Part shown: positions 22,875-24,000 of the stretch, one piece after another | Layout: each line of letters opens with the position of its first letter | Position numbering within the stretch: position 1 is the stretch's first letter | Assembly: GCF_008124605.1 (NCBI RefSeq) | Contig: NZ_VRYN01000001.1 | Coordinates: forward strand, 212,772 to 236,771 | Direction: 5' to 3' | DNA from: Halobacterium salinarum DSM 3754 | Lineage (GTDB): Archaea > Halobacteriota > Halobacteria > Halobacteriales > Halobacteriaceae | DNA: 24,000 nucleotides | Translations under genes and position numbers: made by a program | The notes under the pieces: generated by a model | What the model saw: the letters and a program-made list of their open reading frames with translations, nothing else | What the model was told of the DNA's origin: nothing | The model's database searches: none

Positions 22875-24000
22875 TCAGGTGCGGGCGTCGTCGAGGGTGC
22901 GAACGCGCGTGGCAAGCGGCTGTTTGACGAACTCGTCGGTGTCGGCACCGATCAGCGACGCGACGCCGCGCTGAGCGGCGACATCGAGCAGGCGCTGGGT
23001 GATCGTGGCGTCCACGACGACGACCGCCGGCACGGAGTCGGCGTCGGCGACGGCGTCGACGACCTCAGCCGCTGGGACCTCCCGGATGCGGGCGAGCGCG
23101 TCGTCGAGAAGGCGTGCGGTCTCGGTGTCCGCGACCGCGCGGGCGTGCTCGGCGAGCGTCGGCGGCGCGGCCGCCTCGGTGTCGTCGCCGTCGCTGTCCG
23201 GAGAGGGCGCTGTGTCCGGCGCCGGCTCGGGGGTGGGCGCCGGCGTTGCGCTGCCGTCCGTGGCGGCGGTTTCGGACTGGGTGGTGGCGATCGGGGCGGC
23301 GGCCGACGCCGGGGTTTTGTTCCGGAGCGCGGAGTCGACGGTCCGCCGGGAGAGGTCCTCGACACACTCCCCCATCGGGGCGCGCGCGACGAAGTCCAAG
23401 CTGCCGACCTGTCCGAGTTCGCGCAGGATCATGTCGCCGCCACGGTCGCCGTCGAGAAACGCCGTCGCGGTCTTCTCCCGGGAGAGCGCCGCGATGGCGT
23501 CGGGGATGTTGGTGCCTTCGACGGCGACGGCGTTCTTGATGCCGTATTTCAGGAGGGTGACGACGTCGGCGCGGCCCTCCACGATCACGACGGCGTCGCT
23601 GGAGTCGACGTTCGGGCCGGCCGGATAGCCGTCGTAGTCGGTGATGTCGTCGACGCGAACGCTCTCCCGGACCTCGTCGAGGATGTCGTCGGCGTTGATC
23701 GCGCCCTCGTCGAAGGCGGTCGCGAGCAGTTCTTTCGCGCGGTCGACGACTTCGCGGCGCTTGGCGGCGCGCACGTCCTCGATGCGGTCGACTTCGACGT
23801 CGGCGCGACACGGCCCGATGCGTTCGACGGCTTCGAGGGCCGCCGCAAGCGTCGCGGTTTCGACGCGGTCGAGACTGGATGCGATGGTGATGTCGCCAAA
23901 CGACTGGCCGCCCTCGCTGTCCACGGAGACGTCGATGCGGCCGAGCTTCGCGGAGTCCTGGAGGTCGGGGATCGCGAGGTCGTCGCCGAGCAGCCCCTCG
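22875..24000 (-). CDS. dnaG: Archaeal DnaG primase-like Toprim protein (5' end lies beyond the window)
   Basis: The Toprim core is present: VVIVEGRADVVTLLKYGIKNAVAVEGTNIP...AFLDGDRGGDMILREL. The frame stays open upstream of the track start at 23924 to the window edge (...[31 protein letters not shown]...), which is the conserved DnaG N-terminal region. The stop lies 1 nt from the convergent stop at 22871-22873. Confidence 0.9.
   Translation of the reverse strand, partial: EGLLGDDLAIPDLQDSAKLGRIDVSVDSEGGQSFGDITIASSLDRVETATLAAALEAVERIGPCRADVEVDRIEDVRAAKRREVVDRAKELLATAFDEGAINADDILDEVRESVRVDDITDYDGYPAGPNVDSSDAVVIVEGRADVVTLLKYGIKNAVAVEGTNIPDAIAALSREKTATAFLDGDRGGDMILRELGQVGSLDFVARAPMGECVEDLSRRTVDSALRNKTPASAAAPIATTQSETAATDGSATPAPTPEPAPDTAPSPDSDGDDTEAAAPPTLAEHARAVADTETARLLDDALARIREVPAAEVVDAVADADSVPAVVVVDATITQRLLDVAAQRGVASLIGADTDEFVKQPLATRVRTLDDART

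Noticed and set aside
1-24000. A search for CRISPR arrays, rRNA/tRNA genes, ISH-type insertion sequences, integrases, toxin-antitoxin pairs or other defence genes.
   Set aside because: I saw no regularly spaced direct repeats, no cloverleaf-compatible tRNA-like segment, no transposase or integrase-like ORF, and no paired small ORFs of TA type. The only non-host-like DNA is the AT-rich island, reported as a finding.

Overview
The window is a GC-rich haloarchaeal chromosomal segment. Coding lines run about 70-80% G+C, and third codon positions are almost all G/C. The gene content points to Halobacterium salinarum or a very close relative, because the 237-aa sensory rhodopsin II / 764-aa HtrII pair is recognisable.

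Layout:
(a) 1-10.05 kb is a taxis-receptor neighbourhood with three methyl-accepting transducer (Htr) genes. The first is an Htr with about 3 TM segments and no HAMP1; its ATG overlaps the stop of an upstream membrane ORF. The second is the cosB-cosT binding-protein/transducer operon. The third is the htrII-sopII operon.
(b) About 5.26-6.95 kb is an AT-rich island of about 1.7 kb (38-47% G+C in the lines I counted). It lies between the cosB promoter and the sopII 3' end and has no convincing long gene.
(c) 10.1-19.8 kb is a block of minus-strand housekeeping genes: NIF3, agmatinase, aIF5A, creatininase/ArfB-like, UbiB/ABC1, Hsp20, HAD, PCD, hemA, sirC, a fused ahbA/B and an acidic orphan.
(d) 19.9-22.9 kb is a polyprenyl-carrier-lipid cluster. 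It holds a catalytic-looking UppS, a convergent degenerate UppS paralog that keeps the C-terminal RXG motif, and a divergent two-module DUF92-type membrane protein.
(e) The window ends in the 3' part of archaeal dnaG, which runs off the edge.

I found no rRNA, tRNA, CRISPR array, transposase or recognisable defence system. Most long ORFs in the track are GC-driven shadow frames.

The observations most worth follow-up are:
- the possible NgBR-like heteromeric cis-prenyltransferase pair and its neighbouring putative prenol / prenyl-phosphate kinase fusion;
- the Htr translationally coupled to an unknown membrane partner;
- the AT-rich island.

Nothing here is proven novel from sequence alone.
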